From the IMG/VR virus record IMGVR_UViG_3300003465_000010, positions 1 to 50,545 of that record: DNA of 50,545 bases; one strand, 5' to 3'. This document shows positions 8,855 to 17,098 of this stretch, piece by piece. The DNA comes from a virus (taxonomy: Duplodnaviria > Caudoviricetes). Numbering within the stretch: position 1 is the stretch's first letter; each line of letters opens with the position of its first letter. Position numbers and translations under genes: made by a program. Under the pieces are notes generated by a model. It made no database searches, was not told the origin of the DNA, and saw only the letters and a program-made list of their open reading frames with translations.

Positions 8855-10894
8855 TTACGCTTGCACGCCTAAGAAGCGCGCTTGAGTGTTTGCAGTGACT
8901 CCGTCGGGACAATAGAATTCAAACATAGCAATCTTGCCCGCTGCGACGGTAGCAGGTAGGGCCGTGCCGATGGTGTTGGTGACCAAGTTAGCGTTCCAGG
9001 TGATAGCATTACCATCTCCCACCAAACGCAGCATCACAATGTTCCCTTCCACCGCGTTAAGAACGTTGATCGTCACCGTACCAGCCTGCGTCAGCTTCTG
9101 AGTCTCGATCCCACCGAGGTCGATGTTGACGGTGGCGGCGAAGGTGAGGGTGGTGTGGGTGGTTCGTTTCCGAACCCGACGAGTGGTGCCAGCTAACACG
9201 AGAGAACCGGCAGTATTACCTAACGTCCTCTGCAACGTTCCACCATCGTAACGATCAAAAAGGTTCCCAGACTGGTCCTCCATCGTGATGGTGTCAGTGA
9301 CGGCCGTATTCACCCGTACAATGATCTTCTGCACCCCTGAAGTTGATTGAACCGTTAAGGGGGTTAAAGCCGTGATCGGAGCAGCCGTGCCGCCAGGATT
9401 CCCGAAGAACTCTCCAGTCACCGTTGTGCCAATATTCACCAACGTGCTGCCCGTGTTACCCTGAGTTCCGTAAACGTTGATGTTGAGAGCGTTATTGACG
9501 ACTTGGATACCGAAGGTGGTGCCATCTTTGATCACCGTATTGGCAATGGTGACGTATTGTGCGAAGGTGTTGAAGAATGGGTCGCCAGCGTCGGTTTCAT
9601 GTTGGACAAGAATACCAGCAGTGCCGGTTTCAATACAGACATTACCTGTGACGGTGATGTGTTCACACTGCCCTCTAAGATGAATACCACGATCACCCCA
9701 TTTAATCACGTTCCCCGTGATCGACGTATGCCGTCCGCCCTTGATGAACAGACTGTACGTTGTGCCTGACGTAGCGCGATTGTAGAGAGTGATTTCGTTG
9801 TGGTCGATGATGGCGCCGGTGCAGAGAGTGAAGAAACTAAAAGCATTGATTGGACGTTCACAGGTGCCGCCGTAGAATTTATTGTGAGCAACGACGGCAT
9901 TATGACCAAACCATTCGATGGCAGTCCTCATACACTTGAGGTAACCGTCGGTGTCGGCAACACCCGCTCCCAACACCGTACCAGACTCGATCTCATTATT
10001 GATCGCACGAAAGCCGGAGCACTGCATCTTGAGTCCGCGCCATCCCCACCATTTAATATAGCAGCGAGTGATTACAGCGGCGTGGTTCGGCACGAGATCG
10101 AGGTCCACGTTCTGGAACACGATCGCATCACAGTCGATTTTCTTGTTATCCGCCTCGTTGTTGATGAATCGACAGTCGTCGATAACAATGTCGATGCAAG
10201 CGTCCGAAGCTGTCGAGACGGACGGGAAAGGTGCCGCAAGGATTCCGCGAGAGGCACGTCCCACACCGCCGAGATAGTGTTTAATACCCTCCCACGCGAT
10301 GTTGAGGAAGTCGCAGGTAAGGATTCGGCCGTGTTGGCAAGCGCGGGTGAGGCGGATACCGACAGCGGTAGCGGAACCTGTGGAGGCCGTGTTGGTTGGA
10401 TCGTTCACTTGTGTTACCCTCGCATTGACGAACGAGCAGCGAAGAAACATCCAATACGTTGATGCCTCGACCAATGTTATAATCTGCTGAATCTTCTCAT
10501 CACCATCGAAGGTGACCCCCTCGATGCGGGATTTGTAGAGGGAGACAGTGAGCCAGGCTGTGCCAGTAGCACCGGCCTTCAATGTGCCGTTACCGAATAG
10601 ATTCACCTGATTGAGGGTCAACGTCACACCGGGATTGATGTAATACGTTCCATCGGCGATACAGACGGCTGTTCCTACAGGTGCTTCCCTCACCGCTCTC
10701 TGCAACGCCTCCGTAGAATCGTGGCCGTCCCTCGCACCGAAGTCACGGATGTCTACCCACCCACCGAAAGACCGCATCTCCGGTGTGCCGTCCTCCCGAT
10801 TAAACCCGAGGATGGCACCCTTCCGAACCTCCACCGGGACGGTTGCTGTATCCAACCCAGCGAAGTCGTTGAGGAACGCGACGTCTACTTTCAC
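8855..10894 (-). CDS. Tailspike with pectate-lyase-like beta-helix (depolymerase)
   Basis: VDIRDFGARDGHDSTEALQRAV...IADGTYYI N-terminal motif and repeated ITGN/HN beta-helix rungs. Confidence 0.8.
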   Translation of the reverse strand: MKVDVAFLNDFAGLDTATVPVEVRKGAILGFNREDGTPEMRSFGGWVDIRDFGARDGHDSTEALQRAVREAPVGTAVCIADGTYYINPGVTLTLNQVNLFGNGTLKAGATGTAWLTVSLYKSRIEGVTFDGDEKIQQIITLVEASTYWMFLRCSFVNARVTQVNDPTNTASTGSATAVGIRLTRACQHGRILTCDFLNIAWEGIKHYLGGVGRASRGILAAPFPSVSTASDACIDIVIDDCRFINNEADNKKIDCDAIVFQNVDLDLVPNHAAVITRCYIKWWGWRGLKMQCSGFRAINNEIESGTVLGAGVADTDGYLKCMRTAIEWFGHNAVVAHNKFYGGTCERPINAFSFFTLCTGAIIDHNEITLYNRATSGTTYSLFIKGGRHTSITGNVIKWGDRGIHLRGQCEHITVTGNVCIETGTAGILVQHETDAGDPFFNTFAQYVTIANTVIKDGTTFGIQVVNNALNINVYGTQGNTGSTLVNIGTTVTGEFFGNPGGTAAPITALTPLTVQSTSGVQKIIVRVNTAVTDTITMEDQSGNLFDRYDGGTLQRTLGNTAGSLVLAGTTRRVRKRTTHTTLTFAATVNIDLGGIETQKLTQAGTVTINVLNAVEGNIVMLRLVGDGNAITWNANLVTNTIGTALPATVAAGKIAMFEFYCPDGVTANTQARFLGVQA

Positions 10895-12405
10895 AGCGTT
10901 GAGAGATTGAGACTAAGATCACCCTCCCACGAATTTCCGGCAATCACCGGATCAGGGATCGGACCACTATCCGCGACGTCCATTGGGAGGTAGATGGGTT
11001 TGTCATAGACAGAACGGTAGAAATTCTCCATTGCGTGGTCGTCTTTGTCGACTGGTTTATTCTCCTTCTCATCCCAACAGTAGCGTTGGATTTCCCAGAG
11101 AAACCGCCGGCACTGACACATTACAAAAATCTGTTGCTCGCTCCGGTTAACCTTGCCCCTCTCCAAGGCTTCCTGTGTTAGCACAATTCCACCGGCTAGG
11201 TCTTTGTGCGCTTTCTCTACAAACAAACCGTTTGATATCAACTCATCCCCGAAGGTGGTGCCTTCCAGCACCGGGTGCTCGATGAAGGCGGACGGGTCGA
11301 TACAGGTGCGGATGACCCGCATTCCCTTCGTACGGTTCTTCACCAACTGCGCCAAAGCCTCCGCACCAAGGTGCTGAAATTCGTCGATGAAGTAGTACCA
11401 GTGGCCCTGAGGACTCACAGCGAGGCCGAGAACATGGTGAGGAGTTTGAGGGTGAAAGTCGATGTAGATGTAAACGGGCCAATCTTCTGGCGGTGTTCGG
11501 AGGTCCTTCCACCCTTTAGGAGGTTCGGTGAGAACGTGCCGGCGATAGTCGAATTGTTTGTATATAAGACCCGACAGATGTAAGGGGATTCCGTACAAAC
11601 GGCATTGTTTCTCGTCCTCAGAAAGCTCCGCTTCATACACCGCGATGGCCTCTTTCGTAAGGTAAGGGTTGTCGAATATAGACCCTTGAACGGACCAAAC
11701 ATGCTCAGGACGTACAAGCTCCGCGCCAGTAAGATCGCGGGGGAAGAACAGATCGTTAATCCACGCCTCCCGGAGAGGAGTGAGAGTGAACCAGGCTGCG
11801 CCATTACGGTCAATAAGACCGCGAGAAGCAGCCTTCCACATTTGTTGAGGGATGGGTTCATCGACGTGGATGAAGTCCCAATCTGACGACTCAGCACTTT
11901 GCTGGTCGTTCATGAACGACTTCACCGTATCAAAGCGGAGAATACTCCCATTCGCGCACTCAATAATCGACGTCACCCCGTTGTGGTTCTTCCTTGTACT
12001 CGTGACAAAACCCTTTGGCAGAAACTTCCACAACTTTCCTTCCCCACCACCGCGAGTGGATGTGAAGACTTCGTCAACCTTATCCCAGTCAGTTGTAATA
12101 ACGAGCCCCTTAACACGATGCTGAGGAATACCTCCCCGTCGGGCGCTGTGACTTTCAGGATACCACGGACGCTCCCCGAGAAGCCAGGCACAGTCTTCAG
12201 CACAACCAACAGTGGACTTCCCTGAGCGGTTACCAGCGCGATACATTCTCCTCGAATGCTTGACGCCAGCTTGGTGGAAGTCGTCCTGCTTCGGGTGCGG
12301 TTTGTAGAAAGCGAGACCATTTCTCTCCGCCGCAGCGATTAGTTTCCTCGTTGCTTCCAACTTCCTTCTCAGGAGGAGCACATGTTCGGGATCGAAATCA
12401 CTCAT
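10891..12405 (-). CDS. terL: Terminase large subunit
   Basis: PHPKQ, Walker A AGNRSGKS, Walker B IHVDEP, FTLTP coupling motif, nuclease YIDFH and DKDDHAME. Confidence 0.93.
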   Translation of the reverse strand: MSDFDPEHVLLLRRKLEATRKLIAAAERNGLAFYKPHPKQDDFHQAGVKHSRRMYRAGNRSGKSTVGCAEDCAWLLGERPWYPESHSARRGGIPQHRVKGLVITTDWDKVDEVFTSTRGGGEGKLWKFLPKGFVTSTRKNHNGVTSIIECANGSILRFDTVKSFMNDQQSAESSDWDFIHVDEPIPQQMWKAASRGLIDRNGAAWFTLTPLREAWINDLFFPRDLTGAELVRPEHVWSVQGSIFDNPYLTKEAIAVYEAELSEDEKQCRLYGIPLHLSGLIYKQFDYRRHVLTEPPKGWKDLRTPPEDWPVYIYIDFHPQTPHHVLGLAVSPQGHWYYFIDEFQHLGAEALAQLVKNRTKGMRVIRTCIDPSAFIEHPVLEGTTFGDELISNGLFVEKAHKDLAGGIVLTQEALERGKVNRSEQQIFVMCQCRRFLWEIQRYCWDEKENKPVDKDDHAMENFYRSVYDKPIYLPMDVADSGPIPDPVIAGNSWEGDLSLNLSTL

Positions 12406-12586
12406 GTGAGGGACGTTCCCTTTTCGGTATTGCCACCAGCATATCGTTCGTTAGGTAGAACTTCACCACCCCCACCACCACATACGTCCCGCCCTCGTCC
12501 TTATTAGCCTCTAATATGGTTTTGTCGTTGAGAACGATGGTGCCATCGTTACGGACGGACTCGATACGGAGGAATTGGTAGGTCAT
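12398..12586 (-). CDS. Hypothetical protein
   Basis: 62-aa ORF coupled to terL. Confidence 0.55.
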   Translation of the reverse strand: MTYQFLRIESVRNDGTIVLNDKTILEANKDEGGTYVVVGVVKFYLTNDMLVAIPKRERPSHE

Positions 12587-12699
12587 TGTTCCTGCTCACG
12601 TTCGATTTTCGAGGCGCAGTGAGCCGCCCAGAGGCAGGCCAAAACTGACACTGTTAATGCCACACCCACCAACACCGAAAATGTTATCAGGACTGTCAT
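12583..12699 (-). CDS. Small single-TM protein (38 aa)
   Basis: MTVLITFSVLVGVALTVSVLACLWAAHCASKIEREQEQ; ATGA coupling to the next gene. Confidence 0.5.
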   Translation of the reverse strand: MTVLITFSVLVGVALTVSVLACLWAAHCASKIEREQEQ

Positions 12700-12727
12700 T
12701 GGCAACATCCGACCTCCGGTCGGCCGG

Positions 12728-12976
12728 TTACTTACCCGCGGGGCGCTTGTCCAAACCCTTCTCCTTCAAGAGTTCGGTGAGGTCGTCGATGTGCAGACAG
12801 TCGCACAGGCAAGCACCGACGACAGTGGTGTTAATTGGAGCGATACTGCCATTGCAGTAATCGTTGCCTGGGACTGCGTTGTGGAGGACGCCGATAGCTG
12901 CGATCTTGCCGCCGTCGAAACCGAGGCTGACGATCGTGTCTCCGTTCTTTGCTTCTCTGCCGTTTCTGTAGTGCAT
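12728..12976 (-). CDS. Hypothetical protein
   Basis: 82 aa MHYRNGREAKNGD..., in operon after terS. Confidence 0.7.
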   Translation of the reverse strand: MHYRNGREAKNGDTIVSLGFDGGKIAAIGVLHNAVPGNDYCNGSIAPINTTVVGACLCDCLHIDDLTELLKEKGLDKRPAGK

Positions 12977-12979
12977 AAA

Positions 12980-13624
12980 TTAGTTTGTACTCCCGACACC
13001 AAGACCGCGTCGCTTCAGTTCGGCCTCCGCGGCAGCGAGTTCGTTTTGGAGTTCGGCGACGTCCGTGGATTGGATTGTAGTCTTCACCTCCGACTCAACC
13101 TTCTGCGTAGGCTTCCCAAGGAACCGATCTAAGAGGGCGTTCGCCGCGGCGAGCTGGACATTCTGCTGCTTTGCCTCATCACGGAGTTCGATGAGTTTGT
13201 AGACGGAGTCCTCAGCAGCGGCGGTGATGACGGTTTCGATAGCATCACGGCCACTCGCTTGCATTTCCTCCGCAATACGCTTTCGAGCCCAAGGTTGGCG
13301 GAGGACTTGGGAAACCCAAGGTTCGCTTTTGTCGGTGCGTAGAGCGATCTCCCTGTTGCTCAACCCCTGTGCTTTTAGATAGCACATCAGACGGTGAGTT
13401 GCGTTCTCGCTTTGAATCATCATCGTTGGCGTCTTGGCGTTGAAGAAGTCGTCTTTGACGTCCGGTTGGATTGCCTGAAGTTCGGGGTTATTCTTCCACG
13501 CTTGTTTGTTATCGACGTACTTCAACTCATCCGGCTTCGCACGATGGTCCGCCGACGTCATCCGGAAGGCCGAATGCTGGTCGCTGACGGGGATCAAGTC
13601 GGAAATGTCAACTTCATCACTCAT
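12980..13624 (-). CDS. terS: Putative terminase small subunit
   Basis: HTH (GLSNREIALRTDKSEPWVSQVL), QLAAANALLDRFLGKP motif, first gene of the late operon upstream of terL. Confidence 0.7.
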   Translation of the reverse strand: MSDEVDISDLIPVSDQHSAFRMTSADHRAKPDELKYVDNKQAWKNNPELQAIQPDVKDDFFNAKTPTMMIQSENATHRLMCYLKAQGLSNREIALRTDKSEPWVSQVLRQPWARKRIAEEMQASGRDAIETVITAAAEDSVYKLIELRDEAKQQNVQLAAANALLDRFLGKPTQKVESEVKTTIQSTDVAELQNELAAAEAELKRRGLGVGSTN

Positions 13625-13717
13625 CTTGTTTCACTGACTCCTCGTAATGCCTCCGAACGGTATCCGTCACGGGGATCGTTGTGGGGAGGGAGCCGTCGAG
13701 AACCTCAAGAAGAAACG

Positions 13718-13890
13718 ACCCCTTTTCCTTCCGGTCATCGGGTCCTAGTTCATCCATCGGGGATCACCCTATCAACCCTCCGGCCAAAGACGACCCTTAT
13801 CTTAGGGTCGAGAGACTATCGGGTCTTCCCGCAGAAGGGTCATCGGGGATTTGACCCCTTTCTCCAAGGGTCCTAAGCCAAAAGGGTCTT
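13718..13890. repeat. Cluster of short (AA)GGGTC/GACCC repeats
   Basis: About 9 copies in both orientations in non-coding DNA upstream of terS. Confidence 0.6.
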
Positions 13891-14054
13891 TAGTTTTTTC
13901 TCACCTGGGAAAGTTTAAATTCCGAAACCACGTGGAGCGGGGATATAGCTAATGTTCATCCCCTCGCGGGGAAGGTATCCCCGCCTTGATAACCTCGTAA
14001 TCTCCGGGCGAAGCCCGCTAATTCCCCCGTCCGGAGCGAAGCGTGAGGACCGGC

Positions 14055-14087
14055 AAAAATTGCCCACCCCGAACTAACGGAGTGGGC
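14055..14087 (-). terminator. Intrinsic terminator of the 14105-14455 gene
   Basis: GCCCACTCCG-ttagtt-CGGGGTGGGC stem followed by aaTTTTT on the minus strand. Confidence 0.75.
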
Positions 14088-14104
14088 TTGCTGCTCGTGG
14101 CCGA

Positions 14105-14455
14105 TCAAAGACCAGCGATGAGGGACGCGGCTTTGTTGCTGCGCTTGTTGGTCTCCGCCGGGGGCGTGATCACCTTATGTGTAACCATCGTCTGCCGGAG
14201 AGCGGAGGGGTTGGTGAGCAGATGCGCGCCAATCTCAAACTCCGCATCAGCGGCGTCATACAGCGGCGTCTTATCCGGCGCGTCGTCTTCGTCGATTGTA
14301 ACGAGGGCGTCGTGATAGGCCTTCGCCATCGCGAGCAGAACGGCGTCAGAATCCGCTTGCAGCCAATTTGATTTGCCGTTCATTTGCAGCCGGGCGGTCA
14401 TGGCGACCTTCCTTGCGCCTGAGAGCTGCGCTTTGATGTCTTCGATTTTGAGCAT
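14105..14455 (-). CDS. Hypothetical early protein (stand-alone transcription unit)
   Basis: 116 aa with its own promoter and terminator. Confidence 0.75.
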   Translation of the reverse strand: MLKIEDIKAQLSGARKVAMTARLQMNGKSNWLQADSDAVLLAMAKAYHDALVTIDEDDAPDKTPLYDAADAEFEIGAHLLTNPSALRQTMVTHKVITPPAETNKRSNKAASLIAGL

Positions 14456-14479
14456 ATATGATTCTATCCTATCGGCTGC

Positions 14480-14497
14480 TTTCGCGTTCTTGCGAAG
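14480..14497. promoter_or_regulatory. Palindromic operator (downstream of P1)
   Basis: TTTCGC-gttctt-GCGAAG. Confidence 0.6.
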
Positions 14498-14518
14498 ATG
14501 TCAGCCATCAGCACAAAG

Positions 14519-14535
14519 AGCTAGAATCATGCCAG
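14519..14535 (-). promoter_or_regulatory. sigma54-type promoter P1
   Basis: CTGGCATGATTCTAGCT: GG-N10-GC, -24/-12 consensus; 63 nt upstream of the 14455 start. Confidence 0.65.
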
Positions 14536-14542
14536 GATAACC

Positions 14543-14560
14543 TTTCGCATTTTTGCGAAA
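14543..14560. promoter_or_regulatory. Palindromic operator (upstream of P1)
   Basis: TTTCGC-attttt-GCGAAA, 7 nt from the promoter element. Confidence 0.7.
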
Positions 14561-14574
14561 GCCTCCGAAAGCCA

Positions 14575-14982
14575 AGGGTCCACCTCGCTAGGTGAATCAT
14601 AGACATTCTGGAGATTCCTTGGTTCATATTAGCCTCTAATATCCGCATCCGCTCATGCGTCCGTGCATTCGTGCGTGCGTTCCCCTCCCACCCTCTCTGC
14701 CGGAATAAGGGTCAAAGGGTCATTGCGATATTCTCACAAAGCCATTGCCTATATACCAGCGTAGAGACCCTCCTCTGTGTGTATATAATTTTTTTGATTT
14801 CCAATACTACTTTAGTTGGTATGGTTAGGGAGATTGGATTACACCGGGATAGAGGCAATGACCCATATTCCCGGATCGCCAGAGGCCGGGATCATAGCGC
14901 ACGTTGACACGCACGCACGTATGGGATGAAGGGTCATAAAGCACAAGGGTCATTGGGTCGAAGGGAATAAGGGTCATTGGGA
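14575..14982. repeat. AAGGGTC(AT) repeats and large imperfect inverted repeat around an AT-rich core (origin/packaging candidate)
   Basis: About 9 GGGTC/GACCC copies; CGTGCGTGCGT 14670-14680 vs ACGCACGCACG 14909-14919; AT-rich core about 14780-14815. Confidence 0.55.
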
Positions 14983-14988
14983 AATTCC

Positions 14989-15007
14989 GTGAGCATTAGA
15001 GAATAAT
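14989..15007 (-). promoter_or_regulatory. ATTA-N-CTAAT-GCTCAC motif copy
   Basis: Minus strand ATTATtctCTAATGCTCAC. Confidence 0.5.
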
Positions 15008-15128
15008 AGGGACCGGCGCACAAGGGAGCGTACCCGGCCCCTTGTCGCGTGAAGGGATCGAACGGGCCGAAGGCAGAGTTGACGCCTTGGAGGCCCAGGT
15101 TGTAGTATTCCATCGGCTCGTTCGCAAG

Positions 15129-15146
15129 TTTCTCAACCCTGAGAAT
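15129..15146. promoter_or_regulatory. Palindromic operator (upstream of P2)
   Basis: TTTCTC-aaccct-GAGAAT, 6 nt from the promoter element. Confidence 0.65.
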
Positions 15147-15152
15147 GGAGGA

Positions 15153-15169
15153 TTGGCATGGGATTTGCT
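15153..15169 (+). promoter_or_regulatory. sigma54-type promoter P2
   Basis: TTGGCATGGGATTTGCT, near-consensus YTGGCACG-N4-TTGCW, upstream of the first rightward gene. Confidence 0.75.
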
Positions 15170-15181
15170 GGAGTCAGGGAG

Positions 15182-15199
15182 ATTCGCGATGATGCGAAT
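15182..15199. promoter_or_regulatory. Palindromic operator (downstream of P2)
   Basis: ATTCGC-gatgat-GCGAAT. Confidence 0.7.
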
Positions 15200-15224
15200 T
15201 TAGTTTAGTGGGAAGGATGAACTT

Positions 15225-15485
15225 ATGGTATTAAAGATCGAGTATACAACAGATTCCAAAGGATACTCTTTGGTTTCGGACTTAGACATCAACATCGAGC
15301 CCGATGCAGAGGCGGTTGGGTATGCTGCGGCCATGTTTGCATCATGTGCTGCGTTGTTTGAAACACTGATGAACAAGGCCGATCCGAAGTATAGGGAGAG
15401 GTTAATGCACGGCTTCAACAAAGGTCTCTCCGAGGCGCGGCAGAACGAAATCTGGCCGTTTGATTCATTCATGGTGAAGAACTAA
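15225..15485 (+). CDS. Hypothetical early protein
   Basis: 86 aa, GGAAGGA upstream. Confidence 0.7.
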   Translation: MVLKIEYTTDSKGYSLVSDLDINIEPDAEAVGYAAAMFASCAALFETLMNKADPKYRERLMHGFNKGLSEARQNEIWPFDSFMVKN

Positions 15486-15514
15486 CCACCCATCAGCGGC
15501 ATCTCTCCACCGCT

Positions 15515-15785
15515 GATGCGATGGTTGGTTAAACAATGGAAGGATATTATGATCACAAAAAACGACCTAGAAACGCAGTATAGGAAAGGGGTTATCACCG
15601 CCACCGAGAAGGAGATTAAGTTCCTCGTCTTGGACGGGCTGATTTCGCAACAACGCGCGAATGAGTTGTATGAGGTTCTCGTGCAAGAATACGCTCCGCG
15701 GGAATACACTAACGAGCTATTCGCTCGCATTTCCAAACTCGCACAGGAGGGTTTGGATGCGATGGTTGGTTAAACAATGGAAGGA
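15515..15785 (+). repeat. 30-bp direct repeat (15515-15544 and 15756-15785)
   Basis: GATGCGATGGTTGGTTAAACAATGGAAGGA twice, each just before a start codon. Confidence 0.9.
15549..15773 (+). CDS. Hypothetical early protein
   Basis: MITKNDLETQ..., start after GGAAGGA. Confidence 0.7.
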   Translation: MITKNDLETQYRKGVITATEKEIKFLVLDGLISQQRANELYEVLVQEYAPREYTNELFARISKLAQEGLDAMVG

Positions 15786-15790
15786 ATGAT

Positions 15791-16042
15791 ATGAACACGA
15801 AAGTAACAAACGTCCACGTTCGAGAATTCGGCACCATTCAAGTCTCCTGGGAGGTTTCCGACACCCTCAAAGGCTTCTCGCATCGCCTGAGATGCGGTGA
15901 ACTCTACAGTGCTTGGTGCTGTTACGAACACCTAACCACCCTTCAAGTCGGCAAGCGAACATTCGCAGCAGGAACGCAGTATTGGTTGGGTTTTCTGCCG
16001 GTGGAAGAACCCTTCGAGATCGTAACAGGGAGGGAAGTGTGA
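15791..16042 (+). CDS. Hypothetical early protein
   Basis: 83 aa after the second repeat copy. Confidence 0.65.
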   Translation: MNTKVTNVHVREFGTIQVSWEVSDTLKGFSHRLRCGELYSAWCCYEHLTTLQVGKRTFAAGTQYWLGFLPVEEPFEIVTGREV

Positions 16043-16335
16043 ACGAAGAAAACAAACCGGCGGAGCGAAGCTCCGATGTTGCCTCTAACGAGGTTGACGC
16101 TTTTGAATGTTCGGATTGTCAAACAACACACCACGGAACTAAAGGTGTTTGTCCTGGTGCTGAACCTCACGATGTTGAGCGCGAACAAAGGATGGCTGAT
16201 GTCACGGCACCTGAATTCGTTGAAATCCAAATACGTTCAGATGAGAAGGTTGTTTGGGTGAACGTTGATGGCCGTTGCTTGTTTCGTGCCTGTCGTATTG
16301 GTAAGTTGATTATTAACGACGAGAGGGTTAAGTGA
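16039..16335 (+). CDS. Hypothetical protein
   Basis: GTGA coupling at both ends; CxxC...H...C. Confidence 0.6.
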   Translation: MNEENKPAERSSDVASNEVDAFECSDCQTTHHGTKGVCPGAEPHDVEREQRMADVTAPEFVEIQIRSDEKVVWVNVDGRCLFRACRIGKLIINDERVK

Positions 16336-16703
16336 ACATCTCCATCACCGAACACCGCTCCGCTCTCTGCCTTACCTTCGAGTGTCGCACCGGCACATTG
16401 CCATCCGTGGTTAAAGCACAACTCCTCGCGTGTTTTCTCTCCCACAACCTGAAAGACGTTGACGGGCCGCGTATTCTCACCAGAATGACTTCACCCGAAT
16501 ACGATACTAAGTCACCAACATCCAACTTCGTTTTCTTTCGAAGGAACGTGGCGGTGAGAGAATGGCCGTTCCCCTACGAAGACTACATCTACGCCACCGA
16601 ACTCGCACTCGAAAACCACTGCGAGATCGTCCGTTGCAACTTTATTATTCACTTACCTGAACCCGGAGAACCCTTTAAAGATTATGTCAACCCGCACAAG
16701 TAA
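16332..16703 (+). CDS. Hypothetical protein
   Basis: 123 aa coupled ORF. Confidence 0.6.
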   Translation: MNISITEHRSALCLTFECRTGTLPSVVKAQLLACFLSHNLKDVDGPRILTRMTSPEYDTKSPTSNFVFFRRNVAVREWPFPYEDYIYATELALENHCEIVRCNFIIHLPEPGEPFKDYVNPHK

Positions 16704-16797
16704 ACACATCTGCCTAGTCCTCGCCTTCGGCCTATTAGGCTGGTTGGTGATGATCACCCTTGTCTTTCTATTCACCACCGCGGAGAGTTTGTTATGA
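16684..16797 (+). CDS. Small single-TM protein (37 aa)
   Basis: MSTRTSKHICLVLAFGLLGWLVMITLVFLFTTAESLL; ATGA coupling to the next gene. Confidence 0.5.
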   Translation: MSTRTSKHICLVLAFGLLGWLVMITLVFLFTTAESLL

Positions 16798-17066
16798 GCA
16801 CCAACAACTCCCCGGTGCCGCAAAGCGGCCAAGTTTGTGAACACGTGCAACCAATCACCAACGGCCATCGAAACAACTTTCGTCTTTCATTCGACGAAGT
16901 TTGGCTTGACGGCAAGAGAGTCTACGTTGGTATCGACACGAAAGTCTTCGAACGATGGCTTGACTGGTGTAAGATAAGCAAACCTCACGTTCTCACCCTC
17001 ACACTCAACGACCAGCTCTGCGTCTTAGCTGGGCTGCGTGATGAAAATTCTCAACCTTGCGAATAA
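16794..17066 (+). CDS. Hypothetical protein
   Basis: 90 aa coupled ORF. Confidence 0.6.
   Translation: MSTNNSPVPQSGQVCEHVQPITNGHRNNFRLSFDEVWLDGKRVYVGIDTKVFERWLDWCKISKPHVLTLTLNDQLCVLAGLRDENSQPCE
17047..17064. promoter_or_regulatory. Palindromic operator (upstream of P3)
   Basis: ATTCTC-aacctt-GCGAAT, 6 nt from the promoter element. Confidence 0.65.
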
Positions 17067-17070
17067 AATC

Positions 17071-17087
17071 CTGGCATGCTTCCTGCT
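17071..17087 (+). promoter_or_regulatory. sigma54-type promoter P3
   Basis: CTGGCATGCTTCCTGCT, GG-N10-GC, in an intergenic gap. Confidence 0.7.
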
Positions 17088-17098
17088 TCTCAGGAGGT

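Noticed and set aside
13394-13876. 160-aa plus-strand ORF
   Set aside because: Antisense to terS and running through the repeat array; not protein-like
15042-15203. Possible 53-aa TTG-start ORF (LSREGIERAEG...)
   Set aside because: Weak start, and it overlaps promoter P2 and both its operators; not supportable
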